A stretch of DNA of 64,000 nt from Podarcis pityusensis (taxonomy: Eukaryota): assembly GCA_964106645.2 (NCBI GenBank), contig OZ067040.1, one strand, 5' to 3'. The notes under the pieces are model-generated. The model was given only the letters and a program-made list of their open reading frames with translations, did no database searches and was not told where the DNA came from. Of the stretch, positions 1 to 13,327 are shown piece after piece. The position numbers were made by a program, and so were the translations under genes. The first letter of the stretch is position 1. Each line of letters starts with the position of its first letter.

Positions 1-164
1 AGTTAAGATTCCTGTGAAGTTGAAAAAAGTGCATGTAATTGTCAACTAAGATGTTCCCTCCCTGCTAAAATGGAAATTCTTGTGTTTGCATGGGTGAGAA
101 AATAGTACTTATGAGTAAAACGCAAGAGAAAATGTTAACCATCCACCCTGTCATAATGCTTAAA

Positions 165-545
165 CCCCATGGGCAGCCAATGAAGCTGAATGTTGGGAGA
201 TTTAAGACAGACAAAAGGAAGTTCTTGCAGTAAACTATTGAGTTTATTGCAAGAAGCAGTGATGGCTCCTACTAGAAGCAGCGATGGCTACCAACTTAGC
301 TCTGAAAGAGGATTGGACACATTCATGGACGATAAGGTTATCAAGTGCCTATGAGCTGTGATGGCTATGCTCTGCCTCCACTATTGGAGGAGGCATAATT
401 CTGAATACCAGTTGCTGGGATCACAACTGGAGAGAGTGCTGTTGAACTCAGGTCCCACCTTTCAGGATTCTCATGGCTGCCGTGAGAACAGAATGCTGGA
501 GTAGGTGGGCCTTTGACGGAAAGCCCAAATGGTGGCCATGCTTTG
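165..545 (+). mobile_element. CR1-type LINE 3' fragment
   Basis: ccatgggcagccaatgaagctgaatgttgggagatttaagacagacaaaagg...gagaacagaatgctgg resembles the squamate CR1 ORF2 end and 3' UTR. Boundaries approximate. Confidence 0.6.
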
Positions 546-559
546 GCTGTAATCCTGAG

Positions 560-706
560 CAGTGGCGTAGCGTGGGTTGTCAGCACCCGGGGCAAGGCAA
601 GTAATTTGCGCCCCCTAACCCGTGGATTTGCGCCCCCTAACCCTAACCCCCAGATGTTGTGCCCGGTGCGGCCGGCCCCCCCTGCACCCCCCACGCTACG
701 CCACTG
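560..706. mobile_element. hAT-type MITE (147 bp)
   Basis: Perfect 17-bp TIRs cagtggcgtagcgtggg / cccacgctacgccactg; imperfect 8-bp TSD atcctgag/cacctgag; CpG-rich. Confidence 0.85.
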
Positions 707-2731
707 CACCTGAGTTCACTATTAAGGAGTGGTAAATCATCATGAGTAGATGGCATGGTTGAATGAAGCATTTGCTGTATTTTATTATCTGGTAAGTACA
801 TTGTGTGCCTTATGTTATATAGCTGGTAGATTTTTCCAGTAAGAACCGAGAGACAGACAGAGAGAGACAGAGAGAGAGATCACCCTGCTCAGGGAAGCCC
901 TGAGGTTTGCAGAAGTACCAAAAAAACCCCACCACCAAGCACATTTTTAAAAGGTAGGGTTTCCTCCTTCCTCTCACCCTCCAGAAAAGTAACCGAGCAA
1001 ACAAATATATGCAATAGCCACTGAATGCAGAGTGACCAGGGGGGAGGCACTGCTGAGGTGAGCATACACCTTTTTGTTGCAGGTCCAACATGTATGTAAT
1101 AATAATAAGCATACATGTGCAACGATCCTTCTCATTGCAATTCACAACAATAAACTGCAAAAAATCATATCACATGAAACAGTACTATAAAGCAGGAGAA
1201 GCTGGTTTTTAATGCTCAGTTAAGACGTTCAATCTGAAAATGCCAGCTGTTATAGAAATTGGTGTACAAACATGTCTCTCTTGGAAGGGAGCATTGCTGC
1301 TGCGTAAATAGTTGGGTTATCCTAAAGCGTTCAGCGTTGGAGTGGCTGAAGGGGGAGGTTTTACTTCCTTTCTAGCCCTGGAAACAAAGAGCATCCAGCT
1401 TCCATAATATTCAGGCACTGTCCAGACCTACTATAATAAATACAGCTATTTTGAGCCACTGCCCTCCTTAGAAGGACTCCAACCTAAAGTGGCAAGCTAG
1501 CTCAGTATTCCAGATCCACATAGATATTTTATTTATGCAAAGTGCAAAGCATTCTATTTTTAAACATGGTTTTCAATTAAGGCAATAACTTTGTGACCCT
1601 TGAAACACTTGGATGCGTACTTAAATTTGCACATTTCAACATTCTTGGCTGAAGGGTCAAGGCCTTGAAAGACATAACGAAAAATTAATGATTTGGTGAA
1701 TGAATGAAACATCCTTGACATCACCAGTTTTACCTGGATGAGCAAGACAGAGGCTTGTCTCTTTGCAATCTTGTGTTCGTCCCTGCCCCCCTCAGCAATA
1801 GTAGCATAAGGCACTTTCACGTTCCATTGGTTGTTCAGAGATATGTTAATATAAATGAATCAGAGCATGAGATGTGGAAAATAATGTCTTGAGCTATGTT
1901 TTCCAAAATTGCTTTCTGACACAATAAAAGCTACCAAGGACCATTCTAAAAGTAATTTTGGATTACTATGGGGTTTTTGAATTCAGTAGTAATTTTGAAA
2001 ATCTTTTTAGCAGCATTCTACCCAAACTTGCATGTCAACAGAACTGCAGGCTAGCCTGCTTAGCCAGGGGTGCCATAAGGAACCAAAAAGAGCTGCTCTC
2101 TTGAATGGACAAGTCTGCTCAATTGCAGGGAGGGGGAGTGCTATACACCTTTCAACTCTTTTCCTTAAGAAATATTGGTTACAAAATGTAATACAAAAAT
2201 TATATACCATACAAAGAAGAGGAAAATCATTCAAGTTACTCAGTTATTGCCTCTCAGTCTGATTTCCAAATATGCAAATAAGGGATGACCACAATTTTGT
2301 AACTACTGTATGATAAAGCTACTCCATTCTTGCATAAAATTACTTGGGATATTCAGGTCCTTTTAGAAGTCTTACTTGGTGAGTGAGTTTTTCAGCTATA
2401 ACTATGTTCCATAAGTTTCAATACCATAGTCCAGCATTCAGAGCCTTTGAGTTTTTCCATTGTTGGGCTATAAATAATCTAGCTACTGCCACCAAAAGAT
2501 AAACAAATCCTAAGGTTGTATACCCACAATGGGTCCCTCAAAGACAATTCATTTATGAGAGCAGATTTGGGGTGTACAGACCAGCCCACCTCAAGCAGCT
2601 ACCTCCCCCTGAATCTGCTACACCTTTCTGAAAGGACCGCCAGGTACCTGGCTCAGTTTTGTGCTGGGTGCCAACACGAAACAGTGCACTGGCAGAGGGG
2701 AAACAGAGACCTCCCAACTGCTCAATGTTGC

Positions 2732-2995
2732 TGTTATGTACTGAAGTTCTCACCCTGGGCCAGCAGGGGGATACTGTAGATAGTTTACACTCAGGTCCGC
2801 ATATGCAAATAAGGAATTGAAAGTGACGTTCAGTGATTGGATAGTTACAGAAAGTTGTTACTGTTGCCATGTAGTTGAGCTTTATATAAGCAGGTTGGCT
2901 GAACCCTTCAGCCCTATTCTGCTCTGGCCTGTGAATAAACAAGAGCTGTCTGAAGAATTGCTGCGTCATCTGATATGCTCACCCACAACTTAATA
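2732..2995 (+). mobile_element. Solo LTR (264 bp) of an LTR retrotransposon
   Basis: Starts TGTTA and ends TTAATA (TTAACA with one change); 5-bp TSD gttgc at 2727-2731 and 2996-3000; internal TATA (2883-2889) and AATAAA (2934-2939). Confidence 0.8.
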
Positions 2996-4136
2996 GTTGC
3001 CTTGAAAAAACCCCTCAAAAACTAGAAGTTTCTTGTATTATTGTAAGTTACCATGGAGACCTCTCATCAGGCAGCAAGGTACTCTGTAAATGTTTTAAAT
3101 AAACAGATAAATATTGATAATGCAATCTGCAAATTGCAGATATGTGCAGCATTCCCATAACTGGTTTTAGAGGTCAGGATAGAATAATAATGGAAGGCAC
3201 TGTAAATCTGGCACGTATGCCTCATTTGCTTTCCTGGTGTTTGGCAGCCAAGTTGCCTCATGTTTAACCGGACTTGTCTGTGATGAGGAGACAGACGGCT
3301 GCCTTACTGTCATAAAAGCAGTTTCCTCTTTTTATGATTGTCAGTTAAATTTGGCATAGGTTGGAAGTTTTCTTCCCACTTCTTTTTGTAACAGTACATC
3401 ACTTTATTATGCTTTCCATATGCTAACACAGACTTTTAAGTAGCATTAAGACCAAGGAATACTTTCCATATTGATCGGTCTACATTGACTCCCCTCATGT
3501 TGAAGGGGATTCTGGGCTGTTCAAGCTAAACCCAATGGTACTCGCCAACACCACAAGTAGATTGAGAGTGCACAATGTAAAATACCCAACATTCCTCCAT
3601 GGCTACATACTCCATGGGTAGTGGAGGAGGACAACCTTTTTTTCAAGGACGTTTGACCACCATAATTGATATTTTCACTATAGTTTCTCTGATAAGCTAG
3701 AACAAAGCTAGAACAAAGCTAGAACAAAGTCTAAAACATACTTTTGTAACTCCAGCTATTTAACAGCTACGAGATCACCCCAAGCTACATGTTTGTTGAC
3801 ACCATCAGTGAACTCCAAAACAATGATGAAGTAATATTTCCCTTTTGCAGCCCATTTATAGCATTTGTTTTCATTCCCCAATGGAAGTTCTGAAGCTTCT
3901 CTGAAAAAAATTATAATTCTCAAATGAATAATTTGCAGTGAAAAGAGATCTGCGTGAGCTGGATTCAGTATATGCCTTTGTGCTTTTATCTTCATGGATG
4001 AAGATCTGTTCCTGGTTTTCTATTCTAGTTTTAGAACAAAAAACACTGTTTGCTATGTCTGAACTAAACAGGATGCTGCAGTTTCTTGCATATGGCAGTC
4101 AAAAGCTGCTCAACTCTCTAGCAATGTAGCAACTGA

Positions 4137-4453
4137 GGGCTTATTCACACTTGCCTTTTGCCTTGCTCTTTCCAGGCACAGGTCTACACTTAAGATTTCC
4201 GTGTATGAGCATCTGAGCCTTCTGCCCCACAGCTTTCTCTGTGAAAATCCATTCTTTAGTGCTCAATTGGGGCAAACGTCAATTTGGGTTTTCCACAGAT
4301 TGCTATTTGTTCCAGTTGAAATTTAAAAAGCGGGTTTTCGCAGGGATAGCTCTGGAGCAAAGAAAAAAGGCAATAAAGGGAATTTGGACACAAAACTTTA
4401 AAGAGTGGACCCCACCTGGAAAGAATGGAGGAAAGGTAACTGTGGATACGCTT
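4137..4453. mobile_element. Decayed palindromic MITE (PIF/Harbinger-like)
   Basis: Ends gggcttattcacac / gtggatacgct and internal inverted arms (agctttctctgtgaaaatccattcttta versus taaaaagcgggttttcgcagggatagct). Confidence 0.5.
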
Positions 4454-5529
4454 AAGATGCCATTTATGGTTTCACTGGTAACTGCTAGACAGAACTGCTA
4501 TAACAGTAACCTTTACATCAACCTTAAATCATGGGATGTTCAGAGGTCCTGCAGAACCAATATCACTTTCTGATGAGGACATGCTCAGCTGGCATGGAGC
4601 ATCCATATCAAGGGCAGTGTGTTAATTGGTCCCCAGATTAAACTGCGGATGCAGTTCTCAGTTGGCGCATAAACTGGCACACAATTAAGTAACATGTGCA
4701 TGCAGGACTTAAATCTCTTCCCCCTGCAATCTATTAGCACATGAAAAAATAAAAGAGCCTTTGGTCTGGCATGTTTTGTTTTGATCAATTATCCATGTGA
4801 CTGACAAACTGCAACACTATCTGCTTCCTATTCATTAAACAGATGTCTAAATTGAATTATAAGCTATTACATTGCACCTTGTAATTATATATTTGCCACT
4901 CAGGGTTCATGACTTCCACAGCATGTGATAAAAAGGGACAACTCCATTTTAATTAGCCCAGTGTGCTATTTTTAGAAAAGTTTGATCACTTGCAGGACAG
5001 ATTTATATTTTTTTTAAAAAGTGGGGGGGGGGCAAGTTAATGGTTACATTAACCATGCAGTAAGATGGCATAAAAAGACAGGTGTGCAAACATGCAAATG
5101 TTTAAATCAGAAATTAAGAATAGCTTTGTAAACTTGTAAGGTATCAACAAAAGGCTATAGCTGGCACATCTGTGCAAGGATTAGAATTGGCACATTTGTG
5201 ATTTCATAAAGCATAGGGGACAGAAGGTACCAGCAGTTCTAGTTCTGAAAACATGACAAGAATCAAGCAAATAAAGGATAGATTTACTTCAGCTCTCCTA
5301 TAAAAGCCACTACAGTTTTTGAGAGCCCTTTGACTGGGGTTTGGAGAAGTATGTCTTTCTTCCCAAATGCAATGATGATTCAGAAGAAAACAATCCTGAG
5401 CCATTAACTCAAGAGAAAATATCCTAGTTTCAAAAATTCAGTTAATGAAAATATAAATAATATTAACCCAGCTTTTCTGACCAGTACAATCCTATCCCTG
5501 AGTTAAGAACTGAATAAAGATAGGTACGT

Positions 5530-6102
5530 TTGCTGGTACATTTTATCCTATGTGGTAGAGTAGCAAAGGGATTTGGGGAGATGATACATAATGAGATGGC
5601 AAAAAGATATTTCAGAGGACTCTCCCAAAAAGACCAGAAGCTTTTCTCCTATGGATAATTGGACTTGATGTACCAAATAATCAAAGGAATTTGTTTCTGT
5701 ATGTGACTACTGCAGCAAGAGTACTATATGCCCCCAAATGGCGGGAGGATGAAGCTCCTATGAAAGAAGAGCGGAAGTTGAAATTGATGAAATGTGCCGA
5801 ATTAGCAAGCTTAACTAGTAAAATTAGAGAACAAGACGAGGCAGCCTTCGAGGAGGATTGGACTTTTTTTGTAGATTATTTTAAAAATGATCATAAACAT
5901 GTTAAGATGCTTGCAGGTTTGGAATAAGCTCAGCAGTAAAAGTTACTCTGAGAATAAGGTGGAGGAAAGAAGGTATAGATTAATTATAATATGCAGCAGC
6001 AATAGATAATTAGAGGAAACCATGGAAGGGTGGAAGGGAAGTCAATTATCTTGGAATTATATATCGGGAAATGTTTGACTAATTGTATTTCATTTTTGGA
6101 AA

Positions 6103-6104
<2 letters not shown>
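5530..6104 (+). mobile_element. L1-type LINE 3' fragment (ORF2 C-terminus plus 3' UTR)
   Basis: ORF 5691-5927 (LYVTTAARVLYAPKW...KLMKCAELASLT...EEDWTFFVDYF) and upstream PEAFLL resemble reptile/fish L1 ORF2 C-termini. Confidence 0.7.

Positions 6105-6133
<29 letters not shown>
6105..6133. repeat. (TA)n microsatellite
   Basis: Directly visible. Confidence 0.95.
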
Positions 6134-6134
6134 A

Positions 6135-6460
6135 GTTGTTGTTGTTGTTGTTGTTTAGTCGTGTCTGACTCTTTGTGACCCCATGGACCAGAGCACGCCA
6201 GGCACTCCTGTTTTCCACTGCCTCCCGCAGTTTGGTCAAACTCATGCTGGTAGCTTTGAGAACACTGTCCAACCATCTCGTCCTCTGTCGCCCCCTTCTC
6301 CTTGTGCCCTCCATCTTTCCCAACATCAGGGTCTTTTCCAGGGAGTCTTCTCATGAGGTGGCCAAAGTTTTGGAGCCTCAGCTTCATGATCTGTCCTTCC
6401 AGTGAGCACTCAGGGCTGATTTCCTTAAGTACAGGATTGCTAAATCCCTTGTTGCAGTGC
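6135..6460 (-). mobile_element. Bov-B (RTE) LINE 3' fragment
   Basis: MLGKMEGTRRRGRQRTRWLDSV...LREAVENRSAWRALVHGVTKSQTRLN and ILKEISPECSLEGQIMKLRLQNFGHLMRR are Bov-B C-terminal motifs; (CAA)n tail. Confidence 0.92.
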
Positions 6461-6507
6461 GGTTCTGGCATAGTTGCAAAAGGATAGTGAAACTATGACA
6501 TATTATT

Positions 6508-6640
6508 ATGGGAAACCTGTGGTCTTCCAGATGTTGTTGGTCTCCAACTCCCATCACCCCTAGCCAGTATGACCAGTGGTCAGGAATGATTGGAGTTGTG
6601 GTCCAGAAACATCTGGAGAGCCACAGGCTCCCCACCTCTG
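6508..6640. mobile_element. hAT-type palindromic MITE
   Basis: cctgtggtcttccagatgttgttgg...aaacatctggagagccacagg inverted arms. Related pieces lie at about 26247-26310, 31440-31570 and 39320-39390. Confidence 0.7.
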
Positions 6641-7554
6641 CTTTAAGGTGTGAACAGGAGCAGATTGAAGTAGCCAAATTTGCTTTATGTTATACATTTT
6701 TTGTGGGAAGCAGTAGCTTTAATTGGATTTTCTGCCTCAAGCACCTAGATCTTTTGTGCCAATGTGTGAATTGATCCTTGCTATTTTCAGTGTTGGACTA
6801 TAACATACCAATATGATCTGGGACTTCAAATGAAAACAAAAAAAGAAGGCGTATGAGAAATCATTTCAGGGAAAATCAGCATTGCAGAATTGGGATACAT
6901 CCAGCGATACTTGAAGCATGCCATGTTGGATTATAAGGGTCTTGTTAAAGTTTGGTCAAGAACCCAAGTGTCCAAGAGGAAAGAAAGAATGCAAGAGTTA
7001 GTCAGGGTTCAAGTGCTGTTACTGACTGTAAGAACTTTTCTGGAAAACGTGTTCTGTCTCAGAATTCAAAAATAGAACAATCTTAGGTGAACAACCACTT
7101 GTCGGTATACTCAAACAAAACCACAAGCCTGCTTGAGAGAACCAGTCATGGCACCACTAAGAACAATGCATATTTAGCTTTATGAATTCTTTAGGGCTTC
7201 TCTTAGATGCCTGCTCAAGAAAATCCTTCAGCTGCTACTTCATAGACCGAAAGGGAACCTTTATGTTCAGAAGTATATTGCCTCTGAACACCAGATACTA
7301 GTGGTGGCTAAGACAATCACATCTGCTTGCGAACGTCCTTGAACAACTAGCCGCCCTAGAAACAGAATGTTGGGCTTGGGAATTCCACCGAACTCAGTGC
7401 TAACAAGACAAGTTCAGATTACAGCGGTGGCCAGGAGGGCTTTTTACCACCATATTCTGGTATACTGTGACCCTGTGGCAATGCTTTAGTTACCCATGCA
7501 CTAGCGACACCAGCCTAGGCTACCATGTGTAATGCAGTTTTAATGATGGCTTGG

Positions 7555-7900
7555 AAACTTCAATCCATGCAAAATGCAGCCAACAGGGTACTGCTAGGTG
7601 CTTGGCGGTAAGAACGTATGATATGATAACTATGTTGTATCAGTTACAGTGGTTGCCAGTGCATTTCTATGCTCAATTTATGCAGCCAACCTTACAGCCC
7701 TAAATGGTTTTGGACCAGTTGACCACCATCCATATCAGCATTCCTGCATGCAGAAATCAACTTCTGAGAACTTGTGTACCCACCTGTAAAAGCATTCATG
7801 CTTACAGGCACAAAGGAGAAGGCTTTTTCAGTGGTGGCCTCCCACATTTGTGGAAATCTGTTCCAACTGGGATTTGACAGGCCCTCCACATCTGCTGGAG
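7555..7900 (+). mobile_element. L2 LINE fragment (decayed)
   Basis: aaacttcaatccatgcaaaatgcagcc, cagttacagtggttgcca and aggctttttcagtggtggcc are L2 ORF2 C-terminal motifs (LQ..QNAA, LHWLP, AFS.A). Confidence 0.6.
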
Positions 7901-7934
7901 ATGGAAGTGTTAGGAGGCTGCTTCTGGTATGGAA

Positions 7935-8380
7935 TACCTAGCAAAGATCACCAGTGTTGAAGCAATGATTTTTCAACATCAGCTTCATTGGACTGGTCAT
8001 GTTGTACGGATGCCTGATGATCGTCTTCCAAAGCAACTACTCTATTCCGAACTTAAAAATGGAAAGCGTAATGCTGGTGGTCAACAAAAGAGGTTTAAAG
8101 ACTGTCTCAAGGCAAACCTTAAAAAATGTAGTATAAACACTAACAACTGGGAAACACTGGCCTGAGAGCGGTTCAGTTGGAGAACAGCCTTTACCAAAGG
8201 TGTCATGGGCTTTGAAGACACTCGAACTCAGGACGCAAGGGAGAAACATGCTAGGAGGAAGGCACACTTGGCAAATCTACACTGTGATCAGCTCCTGCCC
8301 AGAAACCAATGTCCCCACCTTGTTTATGGAAGACAATCTTACTCGGCTACAAGTGATCGCCAAAGACGAAGAAGACCTTC
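7935..8380 (+). mobile_element. RTE LINE 3' fragment
   Basis: QLHWTGHVVRMPDDRLPKQLLYSELKNGKRNAGGQQKRFKDCLK is a classic RTE C-terminal motif; GAA-type tail. Confidence 0.88.
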
Positions 8381-9377
8381 CTTATAGCTATACTTAGTGG
8401 AACATTCTATTCTCCCCCGCTCATCTCCAAGGTTGGACACTGAAAATTCTGTTGCTATTTGTATTGTTTTGACTGGTATATTTTATGTATTGTAGTATTT
8501 ATTTTGTATTAATATTGTTCACTGCTTTGGGGACCTTAGGCTGAGAAGTAGTATATAAATAAACCACACCATACAGCACGATCTCACTACTATGTCAAGA
8601 TTTGGCTTATTGCATCATGCAAAACACCTCATGGTTATTATGTGTCTCAATATTTTTTTACATATTGTTATAAATATGCTCAATTTATATATCATTGTAA
8701 GCTATCTTAAAGAAAGTCTCCCCCCCCCCAAAAAAAAGTTATTGCTTTAACTGTATTGAATAAAGAAATACAAATAACTATGTTTCAAATGGCGTGGTCA
8801 TTTTTTAAAAAAAAAGACCTCCAAAATTTCAATTTCAGAATTAAAATGCTTCAGAGTTTTTTTGTTTGTTTTGATATCAACTGTCAAAAGCCCATATTTA
8901 GAACCAAAATTTAAGCATGATAAAATTCCAGCTCTGCTGTAGTAGGTAATAGCTTCATGATATAATGAGCTTCTAGAGCTATTATCAACTGACACTTGCC
9001 AGAAAATGTAGATAATTATCCCAACATAGGCTTATTGTTTTGCTACTTGCGCATGCCATGCAACCTCAGGGAGCACCCTCTTCCCATATATTCTCCAAAT
9101 GGACATATTTAATTTGACCCTTGCTAGCCCTTTACATTCCAATATGTTACTGGGAGGGGATGGGGGGTGCCTTTTTCTGGAATCTGTAAATACAGCTTGG
9201 AATGTGTCATTTAGGAAGATTTGGGGGGGGGGGTTATAAGAATGTGATCTTTGACTGCATGAAACAGTGAATGCAAGGTCAAAAAGAATCAATACTCAAG
9301 GAGAAAAGAGGATGTTGGAAGGGGAGAGTAGTTGAGAATCATAAAAAGAGAAACAGCATAGATATACTAAGAATACT

Positions 9378-9420
9378 GAAGAAGAAGAGGAAGAGGAAGA
9401 AGAAGAAGCGGAGGAGGAGA
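9378..9420. repeat. Polypurine (GAA/GAG) repeat
   Basis: Directly visible. Confidence 0.85.
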
Positions 9421-9524
9421 GATTATAATCTTTGGGGTTTCATCTATATTATTTCATCTTTGTCAGTGACTAGCCCTGTTTAACATATTTGAGACGTTAT
9501 ATTGCCTCAACTTGGAAAAGTGAC

Positions 9525-9526
<2 letters not shown>

Positions 9527-9556
<30 letters not shown>
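9527..9556. repeat. (CA)n microsatellite
   Basis: Directly visible. Confidence 0.95.
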
Positions 9557-9558
<2 letters not shown>

Positions 9559-9705
9559 TAGTGCTTTTTTCTAGGGGGACACAGGGGTACACATACCCTT
9601 AAACATTTTGTGAATCTAAGTTTGGCCTCATTGAAGGGCAGTATTTCAATATGAGTAGGAAAATGAGAGTACCCCTAAACATTTTTTTTAGAAAAAAAAG
9701 CACTG
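9559..9705. mobile_element. hAT-type MITE, copy 1 of a family also at 32010-32153
   Basis: TIR (c/t)agtgcttttttct ... agaaaaaaaagcactg; internal direct repeat taccc(c/t)taaacatttt; near-identical second copy in the window. Confidence 0.85.
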
Positions 9706-12700
9706 TATATAACAGAAGGTTGTAGCCTGTTGAGCAGGTGAGCAAACTCAGGTGCTTTACTTGTTGGTAAACCATTGTTTCCCTTGAGAAATACATACTA
9801 GCTTTCAAAACACTTCAGAACTGAAGATACTATTTTGTCTGTACTGCCACTCTGTTGTACCCCCCCCCCCAAACCTACTCTAGCCAAGACAAGACTTCAT
9901 TCCAGACTTGGTCAGTTTCTGCAAGAAGAGTGGCAGGGAGAGAGAGAGAAAAGGAAAGAAAGTTACCCAAATCAGTATAACTCTGCTCCCCCACCATAAC
10001 CACCAAAACCCCACAAGTCTTGTTTGGATGGAACGGATACTTGCTTATGTGGTCACATGTGCAGTGGTCAAGATAAGGATGGGGAGAATCCCCATAAGCT
10101 CGATTAGGAATTACTTGGTATTTATTTATTTAAATATTTCTATCCCACCTTTGTGCCTCATTCCAGGCGATTACAACTCATAACGATCTGCACAATTGTT
10201 TTCAAATTACAGCACTCCAAAAAAAAACAAAAAAAACCACTTAAACCAGGAAAAGATGTAACATAGCGCACAGTGACTCCAATGGAGGGTCTATATGTCT
10301 AGCACAACATACCATGATTAAGGCTGCAATCCTAAGCACACTTGCCTGGAAGTTAGCTGAACACAAACTTTATTTCTTGGGAGTAAGCACCATTGAACAC
10401 AACAGGACTTTCATCTGAGTATATATTTGCATGGGATTCTGTTGTTAGATCTTTGCTAGATGTGAAGTCAAGCAAAAGAAAAGTCCACAACCTCCACCCA
10501 AGGCAGTCTGTTCCATGCTCAAATAGCTCTTTTAATTTCATTGTACACAGGTTGTACATTGACAATAAAGGTATTATTATTATTTGGAAGCGTCTAACGT
10601 TTCTAAGTCCTGAGCATGGATGATGTGTATTTTAACTGATTTTATCTATATCGTACCTTGTGTAACCTTGTTATGCACTACAGTGTTAAGCAGCATATAA
10701 ATTGTTGAAGCAAACAAAATACATTGCCAAAGTGACTTGGGGCTGAATCGTAAGCAAGGTCAGTTTTCCAGTTGGTGTCCTCCCAGTTCAATAATGTGAT
10801 AATTCGGTCTTAGAACTCATGATCTGAAAACTATTTCCCTGGATTCTTTTATCAGGCAGAATTTTCACTTGTTCAAAATGGTCAAGTAGAATGTTTGCCT
10901 AACATTTCACAACACTACAGTTCATTCAGACTTTCCCTTGGCACTTTGCTTAATAAAGTGGTACTCAACATATGCAAAACCAGAAGCTGTAACGTAAGCT
11001 CTCTCTTCCTCTTTCTCTCATTAACAGGCCAATTCTGGCTTCCAGAGAACGTAGTGTTGCAACATTTTGTGCATTTTTAAAGGTAGCTTTTGTTCCTTGC
11101 ACCAATGAGAAGGATGCACCAAAGGAACTTGCATCAGCATAATTTAGAAGATTTGCTAAGTGTACATAAGCTAGTTTATGTGAAAATAGCTAGTATACTT
11201 AGCATTCTCCATCAATTAATGAAAAGAGAATTTGCATGCAAAATTATCCAAGAGGTGAGAAACAGCAGCAGATGGAATGATGGGGAGCTGCTGCTGACTT
11301 GACCTCTGATCTGGTGCATCACAGATCCTTACCAAGAGAAAGAAGGGAGAGGCAGCAAGGTTGGAGCAGTAAAAGTGCACCTGCAAGAGAATCAGATTGA
11401 GGCTGTACAAATGCAGTCGTGGAGCCATTCTTACTGCTGCCTCATCCCTCACCCTTCATCTCCAGGTAAGCATCAGTGACACAACAGACGCCACAGCAGT
11501 CCACTGCTGGTGAGAAAATGTTAGTGACATTCTCATGGGTGGGGGCAATGTTTCATTTGTTTACTTTATCTCCAAGTGGACAACGGGTTTTGTGAGTGGA
11601 TTTTCTTTCATTCTACAAATCTCTCTGCTGGTCTGCACTCTGCAACCTTCCTGTGTGGTTGTCTTTCCTTAAAGAAACCCCATGACATCTTCAACTGCAA
11701 GCATGTGTGTCTGATGCCTGTTCACTGTTATTTTTTTAAGCAAGGTCTTTTTACGTTGTTGATTTTTAAAAGTCTGTGAAATTTTTTTAAGGTCAAAGGA
11801 ACAGATGGCTTTAAAAACAAAACCAGTGAGTACACCAATCCCATGCTTTCATTAGCCAGCCTTCCCAGTTTCCCATACTTCAATTAAAGTTGAGGAACGA
11901 AGAGAAAGATGTTATGAGGCAACTCCTCCCATGGGTTTTGTTTTTTTCAGATCAGGAAACTTAGGCAGCCAGCGCTGTAGACATGTTTAATTGAAAGAAA
12001 AATCCACATACATCACCATGCCCACCTCACAACAACGAAGAAATCTTAACTCTACCTCCATCAAACTTTTGATGCTAATACATACAAGCTCAAACTTAAT
12101 ACATATCAGCTCAAACTTCTGAGCTAATGCATATAATTGTTCCAACATTTGAAAATAAGAGGAATGTTATGATCTACTATCACATGCTCGAACACTCCAT
12201 TGGCATCATTCCCATTCTCATGGCTACCACAGTTCTTGCTTCTACTGGCACTTCAAGTCCTGATTGCCACATTTTTGTTTACACGCAACAGACACTGTTA
12301 CAACTGTTAGGGTTTGTACGCATGCAGACCTAGAAGCTTCAGGGCCTCAAACAGCATGGTCAGTTGCAAGCAGGACAGGCCACACATCAAACCACTGATA
12401 CCCAGCTCAAATTTGCAGCTCTGCACATATGTCATATGAATGCAGTAAAACCCTGCCAGCAGGAAGAGGGTTAATAGTACAATTCCCCATTGTTCAGCTG
12501 AATCAATAAACTACATAACAAGATAGAAAATGTTCTGACCTCAGAAGAAATGCTTGTGCCCACAGGGGACATAGACTAGAGAGAGAAACATTATTTACAA
12601 TAAAATTTCGTTTGAACTCATAGACCAGGTCTCTAATCACAAATGTGGATCTACAAGGATTTACTTTAGTCTGTTAAGTGCTAGCTCAAACCTGCCATCA

Positions 12701-13034
12701 ACCATGGCATACCTTCCAGAATGCCAATAATTGCTTGCTATCTTTTTAGTTTCAGGACCTGAAGTAGCTTTGAACGACCTTATATTGTAAAGACCAGAAG
12801 AAAGCTGGAGATCGTCACACCTAGTGCGGGATTTGAATTTATTGCAAAGCCTCTGGAGGAGCTACCATTAAACACACATTATCCTATTCAGTGCTGAAGG
12901 CTGTTTGCTCCATATTCAAAGCAACTGATGTGCACCAGGCTATTAGTGACTGTAGGGCATTCAGAAGACAGTTTAAGCAACCCAGCTCTAAAACAGGTTG
13001 TTATAGAGACAATACTATATGCCCAGACTGAGGC

Positions 13035-13327
13035 AGCTGCCTCAGGTGGCAGAATCCAAGGGGCACCTGCACCACCAGAGAAGCAAACAGAAGTGACCGT
13101 GACAACTTCCGGTTTCTAGCAAAATCTTGTGAGAGTCCTGCAGGTCAATGTCACAGGGCTCTTGCAAGATCCTGCCAGAACCTGGAAGCTGCAGCTGCAT
13201 GATCCTGGTAAGTGAGGCTTTGGTGGGGGCAACCAGAGGAGTGGGTAGCACATAACATGCAGCACCTGCACAGGGCAGCACGTTCACATTTTGCCCCAGG
13301 TGGCAAAATGGGCCAGGCGGTCCCTGC
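13035..13327. mobile_element. Decayed hAT-like MITE with internal hairpin
   Basis: Ends ...gccccaggtggcaaaat...ggtccctg; internal inverted arms ttccggtttctagcaaaatcttgtgagagtcctg / cagggctcttgcaagatcctgccagaacctggaa. Confidence 0.5.
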
